Below are positions 1 to 12,154 of a DNA stretch of 64,000 nt, in pieces. The position numbers were made by a program, and so were the translations under genes. The notes beneath the pieces were generated by a model. The model was not told the DNA's origin. It did no database searches and saw nothing but the letters and a program-made list of their open reading frames with translations. The stretch's first letter is position 1, and every line of letters starts with the position of its first letter. Origin of the DNA: Epithemia pelagica (taxonomy: Eukaryota; Protista; Bacillariophyta); assembly GCA_946965045.2 (NCBI GenBank), contig OX337242.1, positions 1,054,001-1,118,000 of the forward strand. Reading direction: 5' to 3'.

Positions 1-22
1 TACAGGATCTTTTCGATGCACG

Positions 23-2794
23 ATGTTAACACCGCCAGCAGCAGAAGAAACCAAAACCGAGGATGCTCCTGTGGAGATCTTTCGTAAGGACTATACACCA
101 CTGCCATTCACAGTGTCGACCGTTCGATTGGATTTTGACATTTACGAAGGCCGGACGGTCGTAACTACCGAGATGAAACTTGTCTCGAATCCAAACTTCT
201 CTTCTGAAAGTGGGTCGGGAGAACTTGTATTGGATGGTGATGAAACGTGCGTGACACTCAAGAGTCTCTCCATGGATTCCATGGATGGAGTAGATCTTAA
301 GGAGGGAACGGATTACACCTTGAGTCCAGGCAAGTTGACCCTTCTTGCACCCAAGGACGGCGCATGGATTAAGAGTGTCGTGGAAATTGTCCCAGAAGAG
401 AATACTCAGTTGAGTGGTTTGTATCGTGCATCCACAAGTCCCATGTACTGTACCCAGTGCGAGGCCACGGGCTTTCGACGTATCACCTATTTCCCGGATC
501 GTCCCGATAACATGAGTACCTATGAACGCGTCCAGTTGACAGCGAATGCCGAAAACTTCCCTGTGCTCTTGTCCAATGGCAACCTCGTTGAAAAGGGTGT
601 CTCTCCGGACGACGACAGTCGTCACTATGCTGTGTGGAGTGATCCTTTTCCCAAGCCATCCTACTTGTTTGCCGCTGTTGCTGGTAACTTGAAAAGTATT
701 CAAGATGAGTATGTCACCACTTCAGGAAACAAGGTTCATTTGGAAATTTATTCTGAACCCAATGCCGTCCACAAACTTCAATATGCCATGGATTCATTGA
801 AACGAAGTATGAAATGGGATGAAGACCGATTTGGATTGGAATACGATTTGGGAATCTTTAATATCGTTGCCATATCTGATTTCAACATGGGAGCCATGGA
901 AAACAAGGGTCTGAATGTGTTCAACACTGCCTTCGTGTTGGCAGATCAAAAGACCGCCACTGACGCTGACTTTGAACGTGTGGAAGGAGTGATTGGACAT
1001 GAAGTACGTATTAACATGAAACGTTGGGATTCTTTTCATGGTCACATATTTGAACTTTGCTCATTTGTTTTTCCATAGTACTTCCACAATTGGACAGGAA
1101 ATCGCGTTACTTGCCGAGATTGGTTTCAACTTACATTGAAAGAAGGATTGACAGTTTTCAGAGACCAAGAATTTTCAGCTGATATGAATTCTCGACCAGT
1201 TGTACGCATCCAAAATGTACGTCTGTTGCGTGGACACCAGTTCGCTGAAGATGCAGGTCCAATGTCCCACCCCATTCGTCCGGACTCGTATATTTCGATG
1301 GACAATTTTTACACGTCCACGGTTTACAAAAAAGGTGCCGAAGTCATTCGTATGTATCAGACAATCCTGGGTGTGGAAGGCTTTAACAAGGGCATGAAGC
1401 TTTATTTCCAACGCCATGATGGAACAGGTGTAACATGCGATGATTTCTTGGCCGCCATGGCCGACGCTAACGGCGTCGATTTGTCGCAATTCTCTCTTTG
1501 GTATAACACGGCTGGTACTCCCGCGGTCACGTATTCGTCCGATTACAAGGATGGATCGTTTAAGTTGACTCTCTCGCAGAAGAGCCTCAGCAAATCTCCG
1601 ATGCATATTCCCATTTCCTTTGGTCTTCTTGACAAAGCCACCGGGGAAGAAGTGGTGCCAACTACTGTCTTGGATTTGAAGCAAGCCACTCAAACATTCA
1701 CCTTTGATGGCCTGAAGGGGGATGTTGTCCCCTCGATATTGAGAGAGTTTTCAGCTCCTATCAAATTTGCACCTGAGTCAGGTGATGTAGACGAAGAGTG
1801 GTTGGCGTTTTTGGCCGCCAATGATACGGATGGATTCAACCGATGGGAGTCAGGGCAAAAACTGTACTCTTCGCTTATTTTCCAAACTTTGGAAGGCCGT
1901 GTGTCTGAAAAGACTACGGAATACGTCTATGAGGCCTTTGGTCGAGCCTTGGCGGATAAGGAGACATCCGACTTTTCAATCCAGGCCTACAACATGATAA
2001 TGCCTTCAGAAAGTACTTTGGCGGAAGAAATGGATGTCATTGATCCTGTTGCCCTTCACAAGGCTCGAGGCTCTGTCAGGAACGCATTGGCGCGAAAATT
2101 CTACGAACAATTGTTGGGCCGATACAACGAACTTACTTCTTTCATGGACAAAGATAACGAATTCAAGGTTGATGCCACGGCCATAGGACGTCGTCTTCTG
2201 CGCAACGTCTTGCTTGGTTACTTGTGTTCCGTCACGGATACCCCTGAGAAGCAAGTGACGGCTGCAAACCTGGCCATGGACCATTTCCGCAATGCCAACG
2301 GCATGACGGATAAGATGTCAGCGTTTTCGGTCCTGACCTCGATGGATGGTGAAGGAAGTGGATCGCGTGATGAAGCTATTGAACAATTCTACAAAGACGC
2401 AGATGGAGATGCTCTTGTGCTGAACAAGTGGTTTGCTAGCCAATCGCTTGCTGATTTACCCGGCGTGCTGGATCGAGTGAAGAAGTTGACAGAGCATCCT
2501 GACTTCACTCTGAAAAACCCAAATCGTCTACGATCTTTGGTCGGCGCTTTCACAATGAATTCTGCGGCATTCCATGATGAATCAGGTGCCGGGTACGAGT
2601 TCATTGGAGATATGCTTGTCAAGGTAGATGGCCTCAACCCGCAACTGAGCAGTCGTCTTGCAGGTTGCCTCATCCAATGGCGTCGGTACAATGAAGCACG
2701 AGGAAAGTTGATGAAAGCTCAGCTCGAGAAACTGGCATCATTGAAACTCAGCGACGACCTCTATGAAGTTGTCAACAGGGGCCTCAAAAACTAG
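23..2794 (+). CDS. pepN: M1-family alanyl aminopeptidase N, 2 exons (23-1003, 1079-2794); may extend 5' of the window
   Basis: GAMENKGLN motif. HEXXH is split by a 75-bp intron GTACGT..CATAG (1004-1078), giving HE|YFHNWTGNRVTCRDWFQLTLKEGLTVFRDQEF. C-terminal NPNRLRSL PepN motif. Confidence 0.96.
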
Positions 2795-3268
2795 CTATTA
2801 ACTTTAGAGAAAGTTCTATGGTAGTCTTGATTCAAGCAATTCTATCCAACTTTCATGTGTGCAAAGACAACCACATTCATCATTGAAATTGACCGGCAAT
2901 CTGTTCGAAGTTGTCCGAAAGAACTACGAGCAACAAGTAGGCGCCGTTTGTGAATGATGGCAGACTGAGAACAGAACGTTGCGCCTTGAGATAGAAGTTA
3001 GGCCATAATACATTCTACATCGAGGCGTCCACCGGAACGAGCGATGTTGAGATTTCCCGGTTTCCTCATTGTCTACAGCTTTAGATTGTTACCTTACTCA
3101 TGGGAGAAGGAAAAGCTACTCCTACAGTTGTACTGTATGACTGTAGCTATTTGTTCGACTACCTATACCTATCCCATCAACGCGACCGCGTGGAGAATTG
3201 AACTGGCAGAATATAATGTCGATATAGAACACAACACACAAAAATGAATCTCCGTAGGGCTCTCCAGC

Positions 3269-4200
3269 ATGATTGTTCGTTTTCATTTAGTGCGCCATGG
3301 AGAAGCAGAGGCGAATGCGAAGAACGTGGTGATGGGCCAATCGGAGTCTGTATGTCACGCATGATATTCAGTAGGAAGTGGGAAAGCTGAACTTCAATTT
3401 ATCTCTGACCACACTGTTTTTGCAAACATTTTCGCATTCTGTCATGTCTTGACTGATTGAAGCCCCTCACTCCAACTGGGCGAGAGCAGGCAAAACTCCT
3501 TGGTCGCTCGAATGCCTTACAACACACTGAATTCTGGCGAATCTATTCATCTGATTTATCTCGAGCCAAAGATACGACTGAATTGATTCTCGCTGAGCTT
3601 TCTCGGCAACACGACAGTGTAGACCACTCGTTCAACTATCGATCCCTCATCTTGGAGCCGAGAATTCGGGAAACTGCGAAAGGGGCAAGAGAAGGCATGC
3701 CTCGATCAATGACCTATGACGAGGCCCTCACGGCTCAACGAAAGGTTGATCCAAACAAAATACTCCCTTCTCGTGAAAGTGAAGACCAAGTCTGGGATCG
3801 GTGTTGTTGCTTCTTTCGTGAGGTGTTAGGAGATGCCATCACTCAACACGCTGAAATGAAAAACCATTCCACCGAGGACTGTGGAGCTTCGTCGAGTGAC
3901 GAAATCATCAACGTTTTGGTGGTGTCGCATTCCAATTTCCTTCGAATAGTGCTTCGCAGAATTGTGGGCGAAGACGGATTAAGGGCGCACAAAGATGCCA
4001 ACTTCGAACATGAGACAAACAGGTTCATAATACCAAATGCCTCCTTGACGATTTTGAAAATTGAACTCCCAGCTGATGCTTCACATGTGCCCGTCCCCAT
4101 TGACGATATTTTCTCAGCACGGTTAAAGTCCATGTCTGTAGGCCTACTAACTTCGACGCAGCACTTGGACGCGTACACCACGACGACAAGCGGAGAATGA
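3269..4200 (+). CDS. Histidine phosphatase / phosphoglycerate mutase family protein, 2 exons
   Basis: Exon 1 MIVRFHLVRHGE (RHG motif) is not in the ORF track. Intron GTATGT..AAG at 3350-3462. Exon 2 has PLTPTGREQA, YSSDLSRAKDT, RIRE, VLVVSH and NASLT motifs. Confidence 0.88.
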
Positions 4201-4286
4201 CAACAACGACCTAACCTAAACTGGGGCAGAGTTTCAATTGCGGTGGCAGCAAAGAGACATTGGACGTCTTTTGTTGAATTAGCGCG

Positions 4287-5016
4287 CTATCCTTTTCGGG
4301 AATCAGAAACAATTTTTCGTACTCGATCCAATCCCTCCTGTGCACTTCCGCTGCCCTTCCCATTGGAAGATGTCAGTATCTGACAGTTTTCTGGTCCATA
4401 GGGTGGATCGACCTGGATCTGATTTAACACTATAATTGACTCATCTTTCCAACCAACTTCTCCGCATGCCTTTAATAGGCGGTCAAAAACGTCCTGACCC
4501 TCTGGAGACGCCTTGGTAGCATGAGCAAAAAGTGAGATCAATATTAAAGAACGTTGATCTCCACAAATGTAAGCAGTCCGCTTTCCTTTTGTGACTTACT
4601 TTTTCGTTAATATTCCGAAAGATTTCTTCTGCTTGCCGAATAGCCCTTCTTTCTCGGTCCTCTAATGTCTTCTTGTGCATCGGAGTAGATGGTAGTACTA
4701 GAGATTCCACATCACTGGGACTCGGATCTCCAATCTTCGTTGATTTCACAATGCAGGTAGTGTTCAAAATCCGTACTTCAGTGACTGATGATGACTGTTC
4801 ATCCGAAAGCGAAGATGAAGGAATTAGCATAATAGTTTGAGTAGCCTCGTCGGTGCAATAAATCGTTCCGGATACTGGTTCTGACGTGTTCGAAAGAACA
4901 AATTCCCATGATGAAAGGACTGGATAGCGTGTATGTACTGGTCCATCATTACGATTCTTTCCTTCTCCTCCAGTCCCAACCTTGCTGTGGGTCTTTCCAT
5001 TGGCTGATTTGCTCAT
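4287..5016 (-). CDS. LSM12: LSM12-like protein (Sm-like fold + anticodon-binding AD domain), 2 exons
   Basis: GTIYCTDEATQTIML Sm-like segment. Intron 4512-4599 (GTAAGT..AAG) joins INEK|ASPEGQDVFDRLLKACGEVGWKDESIIVLNQIQVDPPY, typical of the AD domain. Confidence 0.78.
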
Positions 5017-5317
5017 TGTTGTAAGAAAGAAGTCCGATTTCACGACTCAACGCTTACACGACGCCGAGAAGTGTATCCTGGAATAAAACAGAAATATCAA
5101 TGAAATTGACTGATCAATCCGTAGGTAACAAGGGGTGGTAATGGAACCGTTCGATGCAGAGGGAAGATTGAAACCGCGAAACAAAAGTCTCTCGAGCATT
5201 TGAGCGCAGATCTCGCGAAAACACGGGACAATGCCGAATGCCCAAGTCCAAAAGAGCGTCTGTCAGTAGTCCGTGTGTAGAGCTGGAGTATGAGGCCTTA
5301 TCCTTATCTGGCTATTA

Positions 5318-6778
5318 GGCCGTTCCTTACGGCAAACCAAACCAAACCTGAATCCTCAAATTTCACCGTCTGGACGTCATATATCCGGGTATTTGGGCTT
5401 TTCATGTTTGGTTCAGATTATTTTGAACCAAACCTGAGGCCAATCCTTTAGCTCGCAAAACCAAATCAAAATTTCGTGCACGTCAGCATTTTGCGTCACG
5501 TTGACGTCATATATCCGGTTAAAAGAGCATTTCCGGATTTGTTCCAACCAATCCAGAACTCTGGATTTGTTCGAACAAATCCAGGAAATTCATTAGGGAT
5601 AGTGTTTTACTAATGCTAGTGTATAGGCTGCCTACAGTTTCGAATATGTCAGGCGGGCGTTCGACATGGTGGGCGGGCGTGACACATGATGGACGGGCGT
5701 TCGACTTCAACGGTATCCTTGCGCTTCCTTAGTACCCAAAAGTTTTAGTATTCAATTTTTCTAAGTGAAGGGTGGGGGAGGATGGGGGACAGGATTCGAA
5801 AAGGCGCGGTCTTTTGGATTTGTTTTGCGAATGCGTAAGGACGGCGTTAGGCACAATTTCCAAAACCAAATCCGGCCCGGCCCCGCACGGATTGGTTTTG
5901 TTGAGCTAAAGGATTGGCCTGAATTCAGGTTTGGTTCAGATTGGCGCGTTTACCAAACCTGAAACACACTAGGGATAAAGTTTTCGTTATGCTACTGTAC
6001 GCATTTCCTACAGTTTCGAATTCGACTTGGCATGCGTGCGTTCAAATCCAGCGGTCACACGTCCCCCTATCTCTAATGAAATTAGACGACATGTCCTTTG
6101 TACGATGGAATTCATTTAGGCCGTTCCTTGATATTCTGCAAAAACAAAAATCGACACATGACATCACCTTTTTGTAGACAATTGCGCGACACGCCGTCCT
6201 TTGGCATTTACAAAACCAAAACCTATAACCGCACTTTTTCCCCCAAGGCCCCCAATAGTCCCCATATTCACTTTGATGATTTGAATACTACAATTATCAA
6301 AGTAAGACATTAGGAGGACGTTCCGTCTTCCTCTTCATTGAGGTTAGGGGGACCGTTGGAGTCGAACGCGCGCCGTTCAAATCCTAAACCGTCATTTTTG
6401 TTTCTGTAGGGCCCAATGTACACTAGCAAGAAGAAAGCACTATCCCTAATGTCTGTTCAGCTTTTGCCGGCCTGCAAAAGTTGGACCCAACTTTTGCAGC
6501 CTCAAAAGCTGAAACAGCGTCGAACCCGGATTTGACGCCATATTTCCGGGTTTTTGGTGACGTGTCACCCTCCAACTTTTGTTTTTGCAGAATATCAAGG
6601 AACGGCCTTAGTATTCAATTTAATGAAGTCAAATGGGGGGAAGTTGGGGGATGAGGCGCGGTCTCTGACTTTGGTTTGGTTGAGTGTACACAAGTAAGGA
6701 CGGCAAATCGCGCCTTTTTCCAAACAAATCCTGGAAAGGTCTTCACAGGTTTGGTTTGGTTTGCCGTAAGGAACGGCC
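5318..6778. mobile_element. Non-autonomous PIF/Harbinger (Tourist-like) element, outer
   Basis: Perfect 33-bp TIR GGCCGTTCCTTACGGCAAACCAAACCAAACCTG (5318-5350 / 6746-6778), with TTA on both sides (5315-17, 6779-81). No credible ORF. Confidence 0.9.
6119..6607. mobile_element. Tourist-like MITE nested inside 5318-6778
   Basis: Perfect 31-bp TIR GGCCGTTCCTTGATATTCTGCAAAAACAAAA (6119-6149 / 6577-6607). TTA TSD at 6116-18 and 6608-10. Confidence 0.9.
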
Positions 6779-6966
6779 TTATTGCCAGCTATCGAACTAC
6801 TCCTATGACATGACCATGAAATGCTTTTGATTTCAACGAACTCCACTACTAGCTGTTGGCCAAAAGTAGGAGAATGTCCACTGGATGATACATGGATCTA
6901 CCACAATGAAAGTCTCTGGATAAAGCAACATAAACTGAAAACGCAAGACGTTTAGGAGAGCATAGC

Positions 6967-8184
6967 CTATTTGTCAGAAGTCTTGGTTTCATCTGCATCC
7001 TTGGAGTCCTCTTCGCTGTGACTACGAATCATATCGGTCCATTGCTTGAGGTAGAATAAACTAATGACCCGAAATAGACACATGCCTGCCACCTGGGGCA
7101 CTGCTTCAAAAGAGCTCGTAACTGGGCTGAAACCTGCTGTCAAAGCGGAGAGCATCCATCCATCGAAGCTGAAATAAATAGAGAAACGAGGATTGATCTT
7201 ACAAGCCTCACTGACCATTGTGCGAGCTATATCATGGGGCTTTGCCAGACCTCCTTCTTCACTGATCAACTTTGTTTCCGCCGGCTTGGTCAAATTTTCT
7301 TGCTCAAACCCAGGTGTGTCTGTGTCTGGTGGATAAGCAACGCAAACACTAATGGGGCGACGAACCAATTCCATGTGCAACGCTTCGGCAAATCCCCTCA
7401 ACGCAAATTTTGAAGGACTGTAGGCCGTGTAGCCAAAGGTGCCTACTTGGCCAGCCATGCTGCTCGTAAATTGAATCGTACCTGTCGTCATTTTGGGCAG
7501 AAATGCCTTGACGGTGAAGATTGATCCCAGCTGATTTGTCTGCAAAATGTGCGCAAACTTTTCGGAGGGAATTTTCGAAAAGTATTCAGGGTAAGTTGTG
7601 CCCGCAACGCAGAACAAACAGGTGAAGGTAGAATCTTCTTTGGCCTTGTCATTGCAAAAAATCTTGTCGGCAGCTGCTTTGAGTTCACTCTCCTTGGCAA
7701 CATCAACTGAGTACGCTTCAATGCGACAAGTTCGCTGATCGGATTCTTTCGCCAACAGAAGCGACTTTAGTTGCTTCTTCGCCTTGTTGAGTTTCTCCAA
7801 GTTCCTGGCAATCAATACAACCTCATCAAATCCTTCCTTTACACATTCTTCTGCCACGCAGAGACCAATGCCGCTACTCCCCCCTGTAATAACGGCACGC
7901 TTACGACGAGTTGATGAAGGCGACTTGACATTTTTGGAAACTTGAAGGGGTCTCTTGTAGCAAAGCAGTGACAATCCAGGGATAGAGAGGAGAGCAATGA
8001 CGGGGAGTGCACCAACCAACACAATGGCAGGAGGTATCATCATTATTCCCGCAGCAATAGTAGTGATCATGTTCTTGTGTGGTTCAGATACAAAAAAGCT
8101 TTTTGCCCTGGTATCGCATACAAATTTCTCGATTTGGACGTCCGATTTTCGAACTACTTCGGTGATCAACGGGTCCGTCTCCAT
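6967..8184 (-). CDS. KDSR: 3-ketodihydrosphingosine reductase (SDR family, TSC10/FVT1 type)
   Basis: TGGSSGIG Rossmann motif, SSMAG, YTAYSPSKFALRG (YxxxK), AYPPDTDTPGFEQEN signature, N- and C-terminal hydrophobic segments. First in-frame ATG at 8184. Confidence 0.9.
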   Translation of the reverse strand: METDPLITEVVRKSDVQIEKFVCDTRAKSFFVSEPHKNMITTIAAGIMMIPPAIVLVGALPVIALLSIPGLSLLCYKRPLQVSKNVKSPSSTRRKRAVITGGSSGIGLCVAEECVKEGFDEVVLIARNLEKLNKAKKQLKSLLLAKESDQRTCRIEAYSVDVAKESELKAAADKIFCNDKAKEDSTFTCLFCVAGTTYPEYFSKIPSEKFAHILQTNQLGSIFTVKAFLPKMTTGTIQFTSSMAGQVGTFGYTAYSPSKFALRGFAEALHMELVRRPISVCVAYPPDTDTPGFEQENLTKPAETKLISEEGGLAKPHDIARTMVSEACKINPRFSIYFSFDGWMLSALTAGFSPVTSSFEAVPQVAGMCLFRVISLFYLKQWTDMIRSHSEEDSKDADETKTSDK

Positions 8185-8520
8185 TGTGCGTCGCTCCCGT
8201 CGCGACTCGCGACTGGATCTGGATGGATTTTGGATCCACAACCTGGCGGCTACGACGCACGCCGTACCAACGCCCTGCGAGAATCTCAATACCTACAAAT
8301 AGTAATAAAATCAATACGAATGTCCTGGGACGGATACTTTATTCCCTCCGAACAATTACGAGTACTCTTACTCTCATACTGATACTCCTAAGGCTATTGT
8401 AGATTGTAGGTGCTAGAGCGGTAGAGCAGAGCACTGCTACTAGAGTACACAGTGTACAAAGTACAAACCAGAAGGTATCGAGTCACGAATGGTACCTGGT
8501 CACGCAGCGACATCACAGTA

Positions 8521-9126
8521 AGGGCTGGGTAAGCCGATCCATGTTCGGCTAAGTAGGCTCAGTACATTAATCTACGTAGTACTATTTTCATCAGTGTAAC
8601 AAGTGGGGCGGATGGTCTCAAATTGAAAACTTGCTGCCACGAGAAACAATGCAAATTGGAAGCCATCACTCGACAATGGTGGAAGCCGTCACCCCCATGG
8701 CCATAACTTCCTCAATAATTGAGCCTGCCTGAATCACTTTTACAATAAGAATCTTTACTACTAGAGCAACTTTGCTTTCACTTTGATTCAGGCACCCTTG
8801 AAAAATGAATGAGTTAGGGCGGTCGTTCGATTTCATCACTGCAGAAAAATGAGCGTACCTTTTCAGCCAACTTGGCAAATCTTCTGTAATTTCAGACAAC
8901 AATTTCAAAGGTAAAGGCAAAGGACTTACGGTGGTTGGATGTTTACGCGATGCATGGGTGAATGCATACGGCGTCACCGGATCTCGCCATCATTGTCGAG
9001 CGTTTTTGCATTTTTTTGAAATTCCGACCATTTCCGGCGTGACGTGTACTATCTGATTTTATGTACTCTACGTAGCTTAATGTACTGAGCCTACTTAGCC
9101 GAACATGGATCGGCTTACCCAGCCCT
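8521..9126. mobile_element. MITE with long TIRs and TA duplication
   Basis: 59-bp TIR with 1 mismatch, AGGGCTGGGTAAGCCGATCCATGTTCGGCTAAGTAGGCTCAGTACATTAA.. (8521-8579 / 9068-9126). TA at 8519-20 and 9127-28. Confidence 0.88.
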
Positions 9127-9380
9127 TATATACAATAAGCCTTTGGTCTTGTTGCTGCTGAGAATCTGGCTGCTCGCAATTCGAGCTGCCCTCACATTTC
9201 GAATTGTTTCCTGTTTCGCCACAGTTTGAACTTCGGCAATCCGTCATGTAAACAACAAACGATCTTGAGATGACGACAGATGATCGAAAGATCCGTTAAA
9301 TACGTAGCTTAAATGAAGAGACACGGAACTCAAAACAATCTCGGTCGTCAAAACGACGAAAACGCAAGAAAGCGTTGTCC

Positions 9381-10019
9381 ATGTCGTTGGACGCGCTTCT
9401 CAGCCCGAGAATCAGTCAAGTGAGAGAGACAAAGGTCACCAATGAAATAGAGTCACTCAGATCAAAACCGGAGAAATCTGTTCGTTTTGCGTCAAGCAGG
9501 AAAGTACGATGTTTTGACTGGCCAAGAGATTTGAGTCCGTCGGTGCGGCGTGACCTCTGGTGGTCTCGAGACGAAATGAGAGAAATTCGTCAAGAATGTG
9601 CGCAAGTTTCGCTTTCGTATGAGCCATACTACGAAGAAACTACACACATTTTTCAAGAAACAAATGCTGGGACGAGGTGATTGACATTTGCATGCGAGCT
9701 GGGGTCACATGTACAGAAGCTCGAGGATTGGAAGGAGAAATATCTTTCGTCGTTGGTGAGGAAGCTGTAAGACATCGCCGGGCTGTTCTTACTGCACAGA
9801 AAAAGATCCTACAGAAACGGGTGTGGTCAATTATCATCTTTCGATGACTCCGATTTGGAAAGCATTCGTCGAAAGTCACGAAAATACTCTCTTTCATGTC
9901 GAATGGTCGCTGCCGGCATGGCTCAATTTGACTGGCATGAGGCTCAGAATTGTGCTGCTGTTATGCAAAGATCTTCGAGGAGTAAATTCGACTCCTTACG
10001 GTCATGTTGGACCGTTTAG
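9381..10019 (+). CDS. Diatom-specific hypothetical protein (VRF...W..RGLE..SR family) with two compensating frameshifts in homopolymers
   Basis: KSVRF and DLWWSRDEMREIR in frame 0, EARGLE..RRAVLTAQ in a shifted frame, SRKYSLSCRMVAAGMAQFDWHEA back in frame 0. The shifts map to T5 (9649-53) and A5 (9800-04). Confidence 0.65.
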
Positions 10020-10306
10020 AATACAGAACAAGTGATTAGAGGGAGGGTGAAATTAGATGTTGCACCTAGATGTCATATTTCTAGATAAAACAAATATCAT
10101 TGGCGAGGCATCTTTCCTTGTCCTATCATTGGACTGGCATCGCCTATCTCACCTCCTATATTGATAAAATAGCATGCTGCTCAACAAAGCCAATAGAAGT
10201 GCATTTAAGACATCATCAACGACCAACCGTTCGATCCAAAATGAGAGTGTCTTAAATAAAGACAGGGTCAAAAGTGAACCAAGCTAGAATGGAAGGAAAA
10301 AACGAC

Positions 10307-11956
10307 TCAAAATTCTTCTCGTAGAATGCGCTTTCCTTTGACATATGACTTGTTTTTGTTCCTTGTACGAAATGCTCCGCTTTTCCGTGCTTTACGCTTT
10401 TGCTCTTCAATTTGTTTACGAACGCGGTTTCTGGCCTCCATTTCTATCCGCTCTCTGTCCAGGGTCGGGACAACTGAATCTGCGTCGAGGGCAAATCGGG
10501 AAGTCAAAGATTCATTGTCATCTTTGTCGACATTCTCCCCATCAAATTGAACCGGACAATTGATTTCAAGGTCTTCACCAGTCTCCGCTGCTGCCCTTAT
10601 TCTTTCCATATTTTCTGCCTTGGTTGCATCCGTGACATCTCTTCGTTCCTCGTCACTTTCTGTTTCCTCGTTGTCATCTTCACTGTCGCTTCCATTCTCT
10701 TCCTCCTCAACTGGCGAGTTGACCACGGCATCGTCAGCAACGGCACCACTGTCAAAGTAGTACAGTTCCAGACCTGCGCGTAGTTTGTCATTGAAACCGC
10801 TTGCACGTAGTTCCTCATCGAGGCGATCTTGAGATATATTTGATGAGACATCACAGTCAGAATTTTTCATGACATCATTCCAGGAATAGCCTGTGTTTGC
10901 CTCTTCTGGTATTGTACAGAGTAGCTTTAGCTCAAAGAAACGACTCAAGCATGCCATATCGCGTTCGTAAAGTTCTTGAGCGTTGGGGTGCTTTGTCGAG
11001 ATCATTTGCGGGAAATCAATCAACGTAACGACAGGTTTGGGTTGTCCATTCTCAAGAAAATGGACAGGTTCGGGCAGGGCCTCTTGAATTCGATCACCCT
11101 CTTCTAATGACTGTTCCCATGCTGGTTTGGACAAAGCACCCATTGACTTTTCCCCAGCAACCGATTGACCGGAATGTCGAACATATGGATCATCTCCAGC
11201 AGTGGCAAGAGACTGTATACCTGATAAGTCAACCATAAGATTAAACTCGTTCAAATCGCAATGAACAAGACCATGGCCGGCCAATCGAGCGGCGAGACCA
11301 ACTGCCTGTTCATAAATATCCTTGGCCTGTTCCACGGATAGTTGCTTGGGATAGATCTGATACAGAGGGAGACCACGAACTAAGCCCATAGCGACAATAT
11401 GTCTGTTGTGAGCGATGGGGGTGGGAGTTGGATACTTGACATCGAACAAGGCCTTCATAAATGCATATTCTTTTAGGGCGGAAAGGCGGCTGAGAAACAG
11501 CCACGAATGTGCTTGCTGTGCTGCTTTTCCGAAATAGTCGCGTTTTTTCTTCACGTTTCGAAATGATGTTCGACCAAGACGATGGAATTTTAGAACAATT
11601 TGCTCCCCAGAAGGCTTCACTGCAAGATAAATGTCGGACTCTTTCCCAGTCCCAATCTTCTGTCCGATTGCTGCGACAAAGCCCCTCGACTTGAGATTGT
11701 GAAGCGCGAGGATATCGTAGCCCGCATTCGTTAATCGGTATCCATCGAATCCATGCTTCTTGGTTTCATGACTTAGTAATTTGTCCCTGAGCAAACTTGA
11801 AATTATCTTGTGAGCCCCTCCATGTCGTAGGTTGGCATTTGCCGAAATTAACTTGATGGGAACAAGATTGTGGTCCCTCATGCCCTTTTCGACAGCTTCC
11901 ATTATCCGGAAGTCTTGCGTATTCATCGTTCGCATTACTGTAGGGTCAAGCTTCAT
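10307..11956 (-). CDS. RIO2: Serine/threonine kinase RIO2 (40S maturation)
   Basis: N-terminal winged helix (DGYRLTNAGYDILAL), IGTGKESDIY, KFHRLGRTSFR, VHCDLNEFN, IDFPQMISTKHPNA, acidic tail. Confidence 0.96.
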   Translation of the reverse strand: MKLDPTVMRTMNTQDFRIMEAVEKGMRDHNLVPIKLISANANLRHGGAHKIISSLLRDKLLSHETKKHGFDGYRLTNAGYDILALHNLKSRGFVAAIGQKIGTGKESDIYLAVKPSGEQIVLKFHRLGRTSFRNVKKKRDYFGKAAQQAHSWLFLSRLSALKEYAFMKALFDVKYPTPTPIAHNRHIVAMGLVRGLPLYQIYPKQLSVEQAKDIYEQAVGLAARLAGHGLVHCDLNEFNLMVDLSGIQSLATAGDDPYVRHSGQSVAGEKSMGALSKPAWEQSLEEGDRIQEALPEPVHFLENGQPKPVVTLIDFPQMISTKHPNAQELYERDMACLSRFFELKLLCTIPEEANTGYSWNDVMKNSDCDVSSNISQDRLDEELRASGFNDKLRAGLELYYFDSGAVADDAVVNSPVEEEENGSDSEDDNEETESDEERRDVTDATKAENMERIRAAAETGEDLEINCPVQFDGENVDKDDNESLTSRFALDADSVVPTLDRERIEMEARNRVRKQIEEQKRKARKSGAFRTRNKNKSYVKGKRILREEF

Positions 11957-12154
11957 GGTAGGCGCTTAGTCTCACTTCAAAGCTGCCGCACTTCTACTTC
12001 ATTATTTCGTCGTCGATTTGTGTATCATCTTGCGACCACGGTTCCCGCGATCGTTTCTCGAGTATGGGTCTGCCGGGTGGTTGGTGGTTGGTGGTTGTCG
12101 TTCTGTTCGCGGTGTCTGTCGGTCGCACGTCGCACACCATCAACGACGGGACTA

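Noticed and set aside
9649-9804. Programmed double frameshift or pseudogene
   Set aside because: Both shifts fall in 5-nt homopolymers and compensate (-1/+1). Consensus sequencing error is the simpler explanation; read data are needed.
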